NCBI GenBank assembly: GCA_016699145.1 | Contig: CP064962.1 | Span: 690,001-722,000 of the forward strand | Source: Candidatus Saccharimonadota bacterium | GTDB taxonomy: Bacteria > Patescibacteriota > Gracilibacteria > UBA1369 > 2-02-FULL-48-14 | Reading direction: 5' to 3' | DNA: 32,000 bases | Shown: positions 24,699 through 32,000 of the stretch, piece after piece | How positions within the stretch are numbered: the stretch's first letter is position 1 | Layout of the letters: each line of letters opens with the position of its first letter | The notes under the pieces: generated by a model | What the model saw: only the letters and a program-made list of their open reading frames with translations | The model's database searches: none | Told to the model about the DNA's origin: nothing | Made by a program: the position numbers and the translations under genes

Positions 24699-25232
24699 GC
24701 CGTCCCCCACAGAAATTTCAACCACTTTCAAACGAGGGTCGGCATGCAGCTTGCGAATGAATTCTTGCATTTGTCCAAAACGATGGGACTGCACATTGTC
24801 CACTACTAAAAAAGCATTGGCCCTCAGTCTTGGGAAAATTGCTTCAAAATAAGCTGTGTGTTCCATTTTAGTGGCATCCAAAAAAACAAAATCAAGCTCG
24901 GCAGGCAAGTCCGCTTCCCGAAAAACTTCTGGCGCATGGCCCTTCACTTGATGAATGCGGTGCTCAAGTCCCGCCTCTGCAATATTCTTTTGAGCTCGTT
25001 CAAAACGCTCGGTGTGCGATTCCACCGTCCAGAGTTTACCTTTGCCATTGGACTCCAAGGCAGAGGCCATCCAAACAGCACTGTAACCCACCGAGGTCCC
25101 CACCTCGAGCACAAACTCGGGTTGCACCACACGGATGAGCCAATGAAGCATGCGGCCTGTAGCCGGGCCTACGATCCATACCGTTTCATCGGCATCTTCT
25201 TGTTCTATACGACGAAGTATTTTTTCATACAT
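24642..25232 (-). CDS. Class I SAM-dependent O-methyltransferase (family 3 / YrrM-like)
   Basis: VLEVGTSVGYSAVWMA (SAM motif I), FVFLDATKMEH, and the DGLLIA end. I prefer the start MYEKIL at 25232, which overlaps the rdgB stop as ATGTATGA, over the track start 25322 inside rdgB. Confidence 0.8.
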   Translation of the reverse strand: MYEKILRRIEQEDADETVWIVGPATGRMLHWLIRVVQPEFVLEVGTSVGYSAVWMASALESNGKGKLWTVESHTERFERAQKNIAEAGLEHRIHQVKGHAPEVFREADLPAELDFVFLDATKMEHTAYFEAIFPRLRANAFLVVDNVQSHRFGQMQEFIRKLHADPRLKVVEISVGDGLLIARTGAIEELDERSFF

Positions 25233-25821
25233 AATGCAAATATTCTTTAAGGGCTTTGAACGCCTTCCCACGATGACTGATTCGGTTTTTTTCGTCCACT
25301 GAAAGTGCACTGTAAACTTCATTGAAGCCTTTAGGCTTGAACACCGCAGATAAAGGAATCCCAGGACTTATGGAGGCTTCCAGACGAAGCATGATCTGTC
25401 CTTGCGTTTCAGCCAAAACACAGTGTTCTTCCTTTCCAAAAGCAAAGGCGGCTGCACATAAAAAGCGCGCATCTCGATTCGTTTCTTTTTCCATTCGGCG
25501 CATAAAATAATCCATCCATTCTTCATCATTGGCTTTGGCCCCCGCACCCCAGCGCCGCGTCTTCACTCCCAGCTCCCCTTCCAAAGCATCCACTTGAATA
25601 CCACTGTCATCCGCAATCGTTGGGAGGCCTGATAAATGACTGTAAAAACGTGCCTTCAAAAGAGCATTTTCTTCATACGTAGAGCCGGTTTCTTCGCAAT
25701 CTTCATGAATGCCAATCTCGCGCAAAGAAACAAACAAATGCCCCTCTTTTTCCAAATCTTTCAAGACTTCCATGATCTCGGCAAATTTCCCTGGATTGTG
25801 AGTGGCGACTAAAAATTTCAT
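25225..25821 (-). CDS. rdgB: Non-canonical purine NTP pyrophosphatase (RdgB/HAM1 family)
   Basis: MKFLVATHNPGKFAEI ... SHRGKAFKAL. 198 aa. Confidence 0.9.
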   Translation of the reverse strand: MKFLVATHNPGKFAEIMEVLKDLEKEGHLFVSLREIGIHEDCEETGSTYEENALLKARFYSHLSGLPTIADDSGIQVDALEGELGVKTRRWGAGAKANDEEWMDYFMRRMEKETNRDARFLCAAAFAFGKEEHCVLAETQGQIMLRLEASISPGIPLSAVFKPKGFNEVYSALSVDEKNRISHRGKAFKALKEYLHYV

Positions 25822-27623
25822 GGATGAGAGGTGAGTGAAGTGCCGTAACGTTGATTGAACTTATAAACTTCCAAGGCCCAAACTTTTTCAAAAGTTTCAC
25901 AGCTTTTTTTGAGTTCCTCCGCGTCATAAAGAGCACATAATTTTTCCGCAAAAATAGGGTTTTGACTGAGCACCGTCATGTGGGCATTGGCCGAAAGCAA
26001 AGCCGTATAAAGGCGAAGCAAGTCGTGCACGGCCTCGGCATCCTCAGGAGCTCTTTCTTTATAAAAAAGATAATGATATTCGAGTTCGTTTTTCCCGTTG
26101 GCCAGCAAAAGTTCATCCACAAAATGAGGGTCCAGCTGAGCTTTAAAATAAAGCCAACGATAATAAGTAGAATAGTTTTGAAAACGACTTAAAAATCGCT
26201 CCAAGGCCGCTTCATTTTTAAGGGCCAAGGCCATGTTTGCATAAGCATCAAAATGGTTCATTTCAAAAGGAAGAGGGGTTGGATTTTCAAGGTGAGCAGA
26301 GAGGCGTTCATCCTGGGGATTTGTTTCATAAAGTTCTTGCAAAGATCGCGTTTGAACCAGTAAAACTCCTTCCCACAAAGTGATCCCACTCACAAAAATA
26401 GAAAGTACGGCAAATCCATAGAACATTTTTTGTGTTTTTTTGAAGACGGATTCCGTGCCTTTTTCCGTGTTTGCAAGGGCAGCAAGCAAGACGAAAAAGA
26501 GGCCGGAAAGTACAGTGAAATTGAGGTTGTAATCCAGCAAATTGTGTCCCAAAAAAGCAGCCGCTGCGAGCCAGACACTCACTTCAGAAGGCTGCATGCC
26601 TTTCAAAAGACGCCATCCGGAGGGCAAGAAAAGCAGAAGCAAAAAACTCGAAAATAAAACGGCAGCGGGGATTCCCGCTTCGCTCGACAGCTTCAAAAGC
26701 ACATTGTGTGGATGATCTGAAAGGGCCAACCATTGCTCCTGATAAGAAGGGTAAAAAGCAGAAAATCCTCCCGGTCCTACTCCAAACCAAGGATGATCTT
26801 GAGTGATTTTCCACGCTCCCTCCCAAAAATCGATGCGCTCACTCACCGACGTGAAACCGGCATCATCCTTCAACAAAAGCCGCTCAGAAACGACAAGCCC
26901 GTCGACCTTCAAAAAATTGAGCCCCAAGGCAAAACTCAGCGAGCAAAGGGTCGTCAAAAAGAGCAAAGAAAGTTTTTTGAAAACATTTTTTTTAAAAAGA
27001 AAACGGAAGGAAAAAACACCGGCCAAAACGATGCAGCACAAAGCGACTAAATACGCCGCGCGAGAAAACGTAAGCATGAAAGCAGCCAAATTCAAAAACA
27101 AAAGGCCGTGCCAAACACGAGTCTTTTTCAAACACAGTTCCACATTAAAAATCAAAACTGGAAGCAAAAGTAGGGCGGCCGCATTGGGGTAAAAAGTATA
27201 GGCCTCATAACCATGAAAAAAACCACTCAAACGGTCCGCAGGCGAAATCAAAAAATGCAAAAATGCATAGGTGGAGAAAATCGCTCCAAGAGCAACGAAA
27301 CTCTCGCGATAAGGCAGTTTGGGCAGTTTCAAAAAACGCACACTGGCATAAAGCAAGGCCCCCACAAAAAAAGTGGTGAACTCAAAAAATCCGAAGGGAT
27401 GCTGCGCAAACAAGAAGCTGCCACCCAAAAACCCTAAAAACAAAAAGAGCAGTCCATCTGTGAATCGGAAAGCGCGCATAGGTTTTTCAAAAAGAAACAA
27501 ACTCGCCAACAAAAGAGGAATGAGGCCATAAAGCAGCTGACTTTCGGTGTCGAGCAAATAGCCTCTGTAACGCAAGGCCAACAAGAGGATTCCCAAACAA
27601 AAAAACTTCCTTAAAACGTGCAT
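25818..27623 (-). CDS. O-antigen ligase-like (Wzy_C) polytopic membrane protein with soluble helical C-terminal domain
   Basis: At least 10 hydrophobic helices. The motifs TFSRAAYLVAL and DHPHNVLLKLSSEAGIPAA resemble the O-antigen ligase/polymerase loop. The last ~190 aa are soluble and helical. Confidence 0.65.
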   Translation of the reverse strand: MHVLRKFFCLGILLLALRYRGYLLDTESQLLYGLIPLLLASLFLFEKPMRAFRFTDGLLFLFLGFLGGSFLFAQHPFGFFEFTTFFVGALLYASVRFLKLPKLPYRESFVALGAIFSTYAFLHFLISPADRLSGFFHGYEAYTFYPNAAALLLLPVLIFNVELCLKKTRVWHGLLFLNLAAFMLTFSRAAYLVALCCIVLAGVFSFRFLFKKNVFKKLSLLFLTTLCSLSFALGLNFLKVDGLVVSERLLLKDDAGFTSVSERIDFWEGAWKITQDHPWFGVGPGGFSAFYPSYQEQWLALSDHPHNVLLKLSSEAGIPAAVLFSSFLLLLFLPSGWRLLKGMQPSEVSVWLAAAAFLGHNLLDYNLNFTVLSGLFFVLLAALANTEKGTESVFKKTQKMFYGFAVLSIFVSGITLWEGVLLVQTRSLQELYETNPQDERLSAHLENPTPLPFEMNHFDAYANMALALKNEAALERFLSRFQNYSTYYRWLYFKAQLDPHFVDELLLANGKNELEYHYLFYKERAPEDAEAVHDLLRLYTALLSANAHMTVLSQNPIFAEKLCALYDAEELKKSCETFEKVWALEVYKFNQRYGTSLTSHP

Positions 27624-27632
27624 ACCTGAATC

Positions 27633-28340
27633 TTAAAATAATTTCCTGAGCACCTCAATAGCCCTTTCTTGCTCAATAAAAAATGGACTCGTGGCCACCG
27701 TGATCAGCGAAGTGCTTGGCAGGTGTGCCTCAAGGAAACGCCGTGCCAGCTCAAAGTCGATGTAGTCGAGTTCAGGAGCAAAATAATCCAAATCAATGTT
27801 GAGGATTTTGTTGCCTTGCTCAGCCAGCCTCAAGTCCTTCAAAGCTTCCTCACTCGTCACAAATTGAATCTCATCCACCAATCTAGCTTTTTGTGCAGGG
27901 ACAATATAATTGCCCACATTCAGATGAAAATTCACGTAGTCAAAAGCGTCTTCCAAACCAGTCCCTTCATACAATTTTTGCGGCACTCGCATATCCCGAT
28001 GTTGATCGATATGGATCAAGCTTGCCCCAGGCTTTAGAATCCCCTGTGCTGCCGCCTCCGCCCAGAAGTAAAAGACGTGGTTATGATTGTCCACCACCAC
28101 GGCCGGCACCCCCCCGAGTTTCAGCTTCACAAGATGCTCCAGACCCACGCAAGACTGCAGCACCTCATGCTCATCAAAGTCCTCAAAAACAAGGTGCTTT
28201 CCAGGTTTCACATCCTCAATGGTTCCCTGCACTAAGGCCGGCACCCAAAGTTTCGGCGCAGCTCCACGCCTCTCAAAAGACAGCGCGTTGTTGCCCACAG
28301 CTCCTTCTATCCAAAACGCTTCAGAATAATCTTTTTTCAC
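27633..28340 (-). CDS. UPF0489-family protein (arginase/deacetylase-like fold signature)
   Basis: VVVDNHNHVFYFW, LIHIDQHRDM (DxHxD) and ILNIDLDYFAP echo the three metal-site motifs of ureohydrolase/HDAC-like folds. They also match my recollection of PF12640. The gene starts with GTG in a GTGA overlap with the arfB stop. Confidence 0.55.
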   Translation of the reverse strand: MKKDYSEAFWIEGAVGNNALSFERRGAAPKLWVPALVQGTIEDVKPGKHLVFEDFDEHEVLQSCVGLEHLVKLKLGGVPAVVVDNHNHVFYFWAEAAAQGILKPGASLIHIDQHRDMRVPQKLYEGTGLEDAFDYVNFHLNVGNYIVPAQKARLVDEIQFVTSEEALKDLRLAEQGNKILNIDLDYFAPELDYIDFELARRFLEAHLPSTSLITVATSPFFIEQERAIEVLRKLF

Positions 28341-28741
28341 AGCTGAATTTTGTTACGAGTGGACTTGAGCTCCGACCGATGCGCCTTCGCCGCGAGCATT
28401 TTTTCTTTGGACTTACGTGTCCTGCGAGCCTTCTGTTTACGCAATTTAAAAATCTTTTTTTGGATGTCAGACCGCTTGCCAAGCATCTTTTCTTCCACCT
28501 TCAAAATGAGCATGCGATAGGCTCCAATGCGGTTCGCAATCAGCTCCCGTTGGTCCTGCATCTTCACTTCCACACCTGTCGGCCCGTGCTTCAGCCACAC
28601 CGTGCTCGAGGTCTTATTCATTTTCTGCCCACCGTGTCCACTTCCTCGCACAAACTGCTCCTCAATGTCTTCAGGAAAAATACGCAGCTTCTCTGCTTTT
28701 TCCAAAAACTTTTGCTTGAGTGGAATAGGGAATTCGGGCAT
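28337..28741 (-). CDS. arfB: ArfB-like peptidyl-tRNA hydrolase (GGQ domain plus basic C-terminal tail), alternative ribosome rescue factor
   Basis: GSGHGGQKMNKTSSTVWLKH carries the GGQ motif. The size is 134 aa. The tail is K/R-rich (KKIFKLRKQKARRTRKSKEK..), as in ArfB/YaeJ. Confidence 0.8.
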   Translation of the reverse strand: MPEFPIPLKQKFLEKAEKLRIFPEDIEEQFVRGSGHGGQKMNKTSSTVWLKHGPTGVEVKMQDQRELIANRIGAYRMLILKVEEKMLGKRSDIQKKIFKLRKQKARRTRKSKEKMLAAKAHRSELKSTRNKIQL

Positions 28742-31113
28742 CAGTACCCTTTATTCTCCACGATTTTCTCCAAAAGTTCCAGCGGATACATGGGTTTTGG
28801 CTCTGCAAGCCCCTGATGAAAGAGCACTGTGGACGGGGTCAGTGCAGGCAAAGTGTTCACTTCAATCAAAATCAAATCGCCACTATCGATGTGGATGAAC
28901 GCATCCAAACGGCTATAGCCTTCAATTCCAAGCACTTCCCCCACTCGCTCAATCGATTTTTTCACGCGCGCCAGCACCTTGGGTTTCACATATTTTTCGG
29001 GCGGAGGAGTCATGTTCACGCCCGTGCCTCCTTGAAATTTTTCTTCCACCGACAGCACTTCGCCTTCCGCCACCGTGAGGCTTGGGCTGAGTGCATGCAG
29101 TTTTTTTTCTCCGAAGCTCTCTTGCAAAAGCCCAACCGTCACTTCCACCCATCCTTTTTTACGGCGCCACTTGAGGCGATTCCCCTTCACTCGCACCGTG
29201 TCCACTTCAATGAACTGTTCAAAAAGAAGTCTGTCCATTTGCTGCAGCGGCATTTCAATAGGCGTCGTTTGATTCACAAAAGTTCCCGGGGGAATTTGAT
29301 TCACATTCCCCAGCACCAGCTTCATATAATTTTGCAAATCTTTGGCCTTGAAAAGGCGCACAATTCCTGAAGAGCAACCTTCATCTTGCGGTTTCACAAT
29401 CACCGTTTTGGACTGTAAATTTTTCTGCAATTTTTCAAAATAAGCTTCATAATCCTTGGTTTTAAAAAGCTTGAAATCCTTCGCACGAGCCGTGTGTTTG
29501 GGCGCCACAAAAATGCCCTCTTTTTCTAAGCCCAAAAGTCGCTTGCCCGTCTCTGCCTTGTCCATACAAATTTCAGAAGTTTCAGCGCTAGGTCCGTTGA
29601 ATTTCACCCCGGCCTTTTTAAACATTTTTTGCAAAGTTCCATCTTCGCCGATTCCGCCATGCAGGCCCAGCAAAACAAACTCGCTTTTTTTCACAAATTC
29701 CACAAGGCTCATCTTTTGCGGGATGAAAAATATCTCGCTCAAATCTCCTTCCTCCAAAGCAAGTCTCAACTTCACTTTTTCCTCCAAAAAGCGTAATCGT
29801 TTTTCGCCTTCTTCGGCACCTTTGCAATTTTCTAAAATTTCCTCCGCTGTGTGGTTCAAAGTCAACGCATAAGGCAGCTGCCACACCTCGCCATTTAGGT
29901 CTAAAAAGTAAGGCTTCGGATCATATTTTTCGCTGCGCCTCAATTTAAGCCACGCATTGGTTCCGCTCATCACGGACACCTGCCGCTCAGAGGTGTTTCC
30001 TCCAAACAGCACATTCACCGGTTTTCGTTTTTTGAGGGACGGTTCTTTTTTGGGGGGCATTTTTACGCCATGCCTTCGCGCCGCATGTCGCACCACATAA
30101 TAAAAAAGATCGCGATGACTGAACCCGATGCGTGAAGTTTGTTGGAACAAAAAGCTGTTTTGCTCCATGCCGCTGATGGGGTTGAAATCCGAGAACCAAA
30201 TTTTTCCATCGGGCAAAAGCCAACCATCGAAACGAGCAAAATCGCGCATCCCCATGATCTTAAAAAGCTGCTCCGCTTGCACCTGAATGCGCTCAATATT
30301 TTCGTTCGAAAAACGTGGCGGACAGTGGTAACGCACCTGCCTCGTGGGCAAATATTTTTTGCGGAAATCAAAGATTTGATTTTTCTCATAATCCGTCTCA
30401 ATTTCCGTGGGCAAAATGGCAACCGGCATGTCGAAACGATTTTGCAAAACGATCACCGTAAACTCCGTGCCGATACAAAAGGGCTCCAAAACCACACGCG
30501 TGTCCATGCGTCGACTGAAAAGCAATTTCACTTTTTCCAAAGCCTCAGCCGGGGAATTCACCGAATACACTCCAATGCTAGATCCCCCGCTCGCCGGTTT
30601 CACCACGGCTCGCTGGACTTTATTTTCTTTGAAAAATCGGTCGATGATTTTTTTGTGATCATCCTGATGAATTTTCAAAACCGCACTGGGCGGGGCATAA
30701 AATCCATGTGCTCGAATGAATGCGTTCGCCACATGCTTGTCCCAACGTTTACAAGCCTCGAGGTCAGCTCCAACATAAGGAATTTTAAACCGTTCCAAAA
30801 GCCGCTGAATGCCTCCATCCTCGCCAAATTGTCCGTGCATCACGGGGAAAGCCAGCTCGCAAGTTTTGAGCAATTGTTTAAGTCCGGTTTGACTGAGCGC
30901 CTTTGCGGTCTCACGCAATTTAAAATCAAAATCCGACGGCGTGTTGGAATAAAGTTGCGACGGAGACAAATGGTAGGGCCGTCTTTTATGGTCAAAATAA
31001 ATCGGGACAATTTCAATACCATCCCCTTCCAAGTGGTTCAAAACACTACGTGCCGAGTTGAGCGAAATGCCTCTCTCAAGCGAGGGTCCTCCACAAATGA
31101 GTGCAATTTTCAT
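28741..31113 (-). CDS. ddl: Tandem fusion of two D-alanine--D-alanine ligase-like (ATP-grasp) modules, 790 aa
   Basis: Module 1 (aa 1 to about 345): MKIALICGGPSLERGISLNS, HGQFGEDGGIQ, VVKPASGGSSIG, FDFRKKY, ARFDGWL..WFSDFNPISGM. Module 2 (aa about 355-790): VNVLFGGNTSERQVSVMSG, HGGIGEDGTLQ, IVKPQDEGCSSG, SVEEKF, SRLDAFI..LIEVNTLPAL. Both carry the full Ddl motif set. Confidence 0.85.
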   Translation of the reverse strand: MKIALICGGPSLERGISLNSARSVLNHLEGDGIEIVPIYFDHKRRPYHLSPSQLYSNTPSDFDFKLRETAKALSQTGLKQLLKTCELAFPVMHGQFGEDGGIQRLLERFKIPYVGADLEACKRWDKHVANAFIRAHGFYAPPSAVLKIHQDDHKKIIDRFFKENKVQRAVVKPASGGSSIGVYSVNSPAEALEKVKLLFSRRMDTRVVLEPFCIGTEFTVIVLQNRFDMPVAILPTEIETDYEKNQIFDFRKKYLPTRQVRYHCPPRFSNENIERIQVQAEQLFKIMGMRDFARFDGWLLPDGKIWFSDFNPISGMEQNSFLFQQTSRIGFSHRDLFYYVVRHAARRHGVKMPPKKEPSLKKRKPVNVLFGGNTSERQVSVMSGTNAWLKLRRSEKYDPKPYFLDLNGEVWQLPYALTLNHTAEEILENCKGAEEGEKRLRFLEEKVKLRLALEEGDLSEIFFIPQKMSLVEFVKKSEFVLLGLHGGIGEDGTLQKMFKKAGVKFNGPSAETSEICMDKAETGKRLLGLEKEGIFVAPKHTARAKDFKLFKTKDYEAYFEKLQKNLQSKTVIVKPQDEGCSSGIVRLFKAKDLQNYMKLVLGNVNQIPPGTFVNQTTPIEMPLQQMDRLLFEQFIEVDTVRVKGNRLKWRRKKGWVEVTVGLLQESFGEKKLHALSPSLTVAEGEVLSVEEKFQGGTGVNMTPPPEKYVKPKVLARVKKSIERVGEVLGIEGYSRLDAFIHIDSGDLILIEVNTLPALTPSTVLFHQGLAEPKPMYPLELLEKIVENKGY

Positions 31114-31256
31114 GATTTTTTACATTAAAAATTTTCAAAAAACTACAGGAGAAATCAGCAGAAAACAAGCAGAAATCGCGTATGAATGGCACAATTTTTA
31201 CAAAAAAATCCCCACGATTCTTTACAAAGCCTTTTTGACCTACTTTGGTCCACCTC

Positions 31257-31285
31257 TTGAGCCGCCCAGCCCCTTCCCTTATACT
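31257..31285 (+). promoter_or_regulatory. Sigma70-like promoter TTGAGC-N17-TATACT upstream of the ABC-F gene
   Basis: TTGAGC at 31257-31262, a 17-nt spacer, then TATACT at 31280-31285. The ATG is at 31307. Confidence 0.4.
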
Positions 31286-31306
31286 GCCGCCAGCTTAAAC
31301 TTAAAA

Positions 31307-32000
31307 ATGCTCGTCGCAAAAAATCTCGGCTATGAAACTTCAGGGGGGCATCTCTTTGAGGGCCTAGACCTTTCGCTCGACGGAAATGCCAAAAAACGCG
31401 TGGCCATCGTGGGAAGAAATGGCTGTGGGAAATCCACCCTCCTCAAACTGCTGCTCGGCGAGCTCGAACCCAGCGATGGGAGTGTCAGTCGCTCCCAAGA
31501 AGTGGTGGCTTGCCTGCGCCAAGACATCCAATTCCCAGACATGAACGAAACCGTCGGCAAGTACCTCGAAAGTAAATTGGAAGAAGAGTGGATGAGCTAT
31601 CAAATCGACATCGCTTTCGACGAAGTCAGATTGCCTGAGGAACTTCGTGAGCAAACTCTCAGCAGCCTCAGCGGCGGCCAGCGTGTACGCGTCGCTATTG
31701 CCGAGCTCCTGCTGCAAGATCCCAGCATCCTGCTTTTGGACGAGCCCACCAACCACCTGGACCACACGACCATCACCTGGCTCATCGGATTCCTTCAAAA
31801 CTTCAAAGGCACCGTGGCTTTCGTTTCCCACGACCGCAGCTTCATCAACGCCGTCGCCAACCAAATCTGGGAAATCAGCGCGGAACAAAACATTGAAGTC
31901 TACACCGGCACTTACGAACAATTCCTCGTGCAACGCTACGAACGTTATGAAAAACGCCTTGCAGACCATGAATTCAGCCAGCGCGAAGTCACTGAATTGG
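31307..32000 (+). CDS. ABC-F family ATPase (first ABC domain; 3' end beyond the window)
   Basis: Hand translation from ATG 31307 gives MLVAKNLGYE...VAIVGRNGCGKSTLLKLL (Walker A), LSGGQRVRVAIA (signature), ILLLDEPTNHLD (Walker B) and VSHDRSFI. No TM domain precedes it. It is absent from the ORF track because it runs off the window. The track ORFs 31364..31969(-) and 31330..31560(-) are its antisense shadows. Confidence 0.85.
   Translation, partial: MLVAKNLGYETSGGHLFEGLDLSLDGNAKKRVAIVGRNGCGKSTLLKLLLGELEPSDGSVSRSQEVVACLRQDIQFPDMNETVGKYLESKLEEEWMSYQIDIAFDEVRLPEELREQTLSSLSGGQRVRVAIAELLLQDPSILLLDEPTNHLDHTTITWLIGFLQNFKGTVAFVSHDRSFINAVANQIWEISAEQNIEVYTGTYEQFLVQRYERYEKRLADHEFSQREVTEL

Noticed and set aside
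25066-25079. Partial match AGAGGCCATCcaaa to the CTAGAGGCCATCTCAAAA motif
   Set aside because: It shares only a 10-nt core and lacks the CTAG and CTC-poly(A) parts. It lies inside the methyltransferase coding sequence. I treat it as chance.
25233-25322. Upstream start (25322) of the methyltransferase, and GTG 17605 for vapB
   Set aside because: The 25322 start lies 90 nt inside rdgB, whereas MYEKIL at 25232 gives a normal-length O-methyltransferase coupled to the rdgB stop. GTG 17605 lies inside the operator dyad, whereas ATG 17629 directly follows it.
27893-28816. 307-aa ORF on the plus strand
   Set aside because: It is antisense to the UPF0489 and arfB genes, which carry recognisable motifs. 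Its translation is Pro/Arg/Ser-rich low-complexity sequence with no start context. It is a shadow ORF.
30139-31128. 329-aa ORF on the plus strand
   Set aside because: It is antisense to the first Ddl module, whose motifs are unambiguous. It is a shadow ORF of a stop-poor antisense frame.
1-32000. Alternative genetic code (UGA recoding, as in some CPR lineages)
   Set aside because: All conserved genes (topA, pheS, pheT, PBP, mutase, ddl and others) are full length with standard stops, several of which are TGA. There is no in-frame TGA interruption.

Overview
Compact, gene-dense bacterial window, roughly 50% GC by eye. It uses the standard genetic code: all conserved genes read intact with TGA/TAA/TAG as stops. 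I count about 30 protein genes, one tRNA and one IS element.

Housekeeping backbone:
- partial M50/S2P protease, rpmB, tRNA-Ser(GGA), smpB, nadE, phosphomanno/glucomutase, topA, HU, pheS-pheT and a class A PBP
- a six-gene minus-strand operon: tandem-fused ddl, arfB-like GGQ rescue factor, UPF0489/arginase-fold protein, O-antigen-ligase-like membrane protein, rdgB and an O-methyltransferase
- a partial ABC-F ATPase at the right edge

Accessory or unknown content:
- a DUF1266 + zinc-ribbon membrane-protein trio (651-2458)
- a frameshifted lipoprotein (2887-3265)
- a tRNA-Ser-flanking segment with two orphan genes (138 and 523 aa), a 930-bp IS481-family element whose transposase is frameshifted, and a 56-aa acidic lipoprotein
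- a lytic transglycosylase + NlpC/P60-like pair, both without signal peptides
- a 933-aa orphan secreted protein
- a VapBC module

The style fits a CPR/Patescibacteria-like, perhaps Peregrinibacteria-like, genome, but that is inference only. The style features are tiny spacers, overlapping stop/start codons, no Shine-Dalgarno motifs, -10 boxes 6 nt from ATGs, and a large orphan surface protein.

I see no recognisable CRISPR, defence, secretion-machine or biosynthetic cluster. The best candidates for something undescribed are:
1. A ~20-nt motif, CTAGAG-N5-CTC-A(6-9), present three times. It forms an inverted pair filling the topA/giant-gene spacer, plus an exact copy 10.8 kb away. Copies sit 26 and 27 nt upstream of the ATGs of the 138-aa orphan and the 933-aa secreted protein.
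2. The orphan 138/523-aa pair beside tRNA-Ser and the IS.
3. The split, leaderless-looking peptidoglycan hydrolase pair.
4. The 790-aa tandem Ddl-Ddl fusion.
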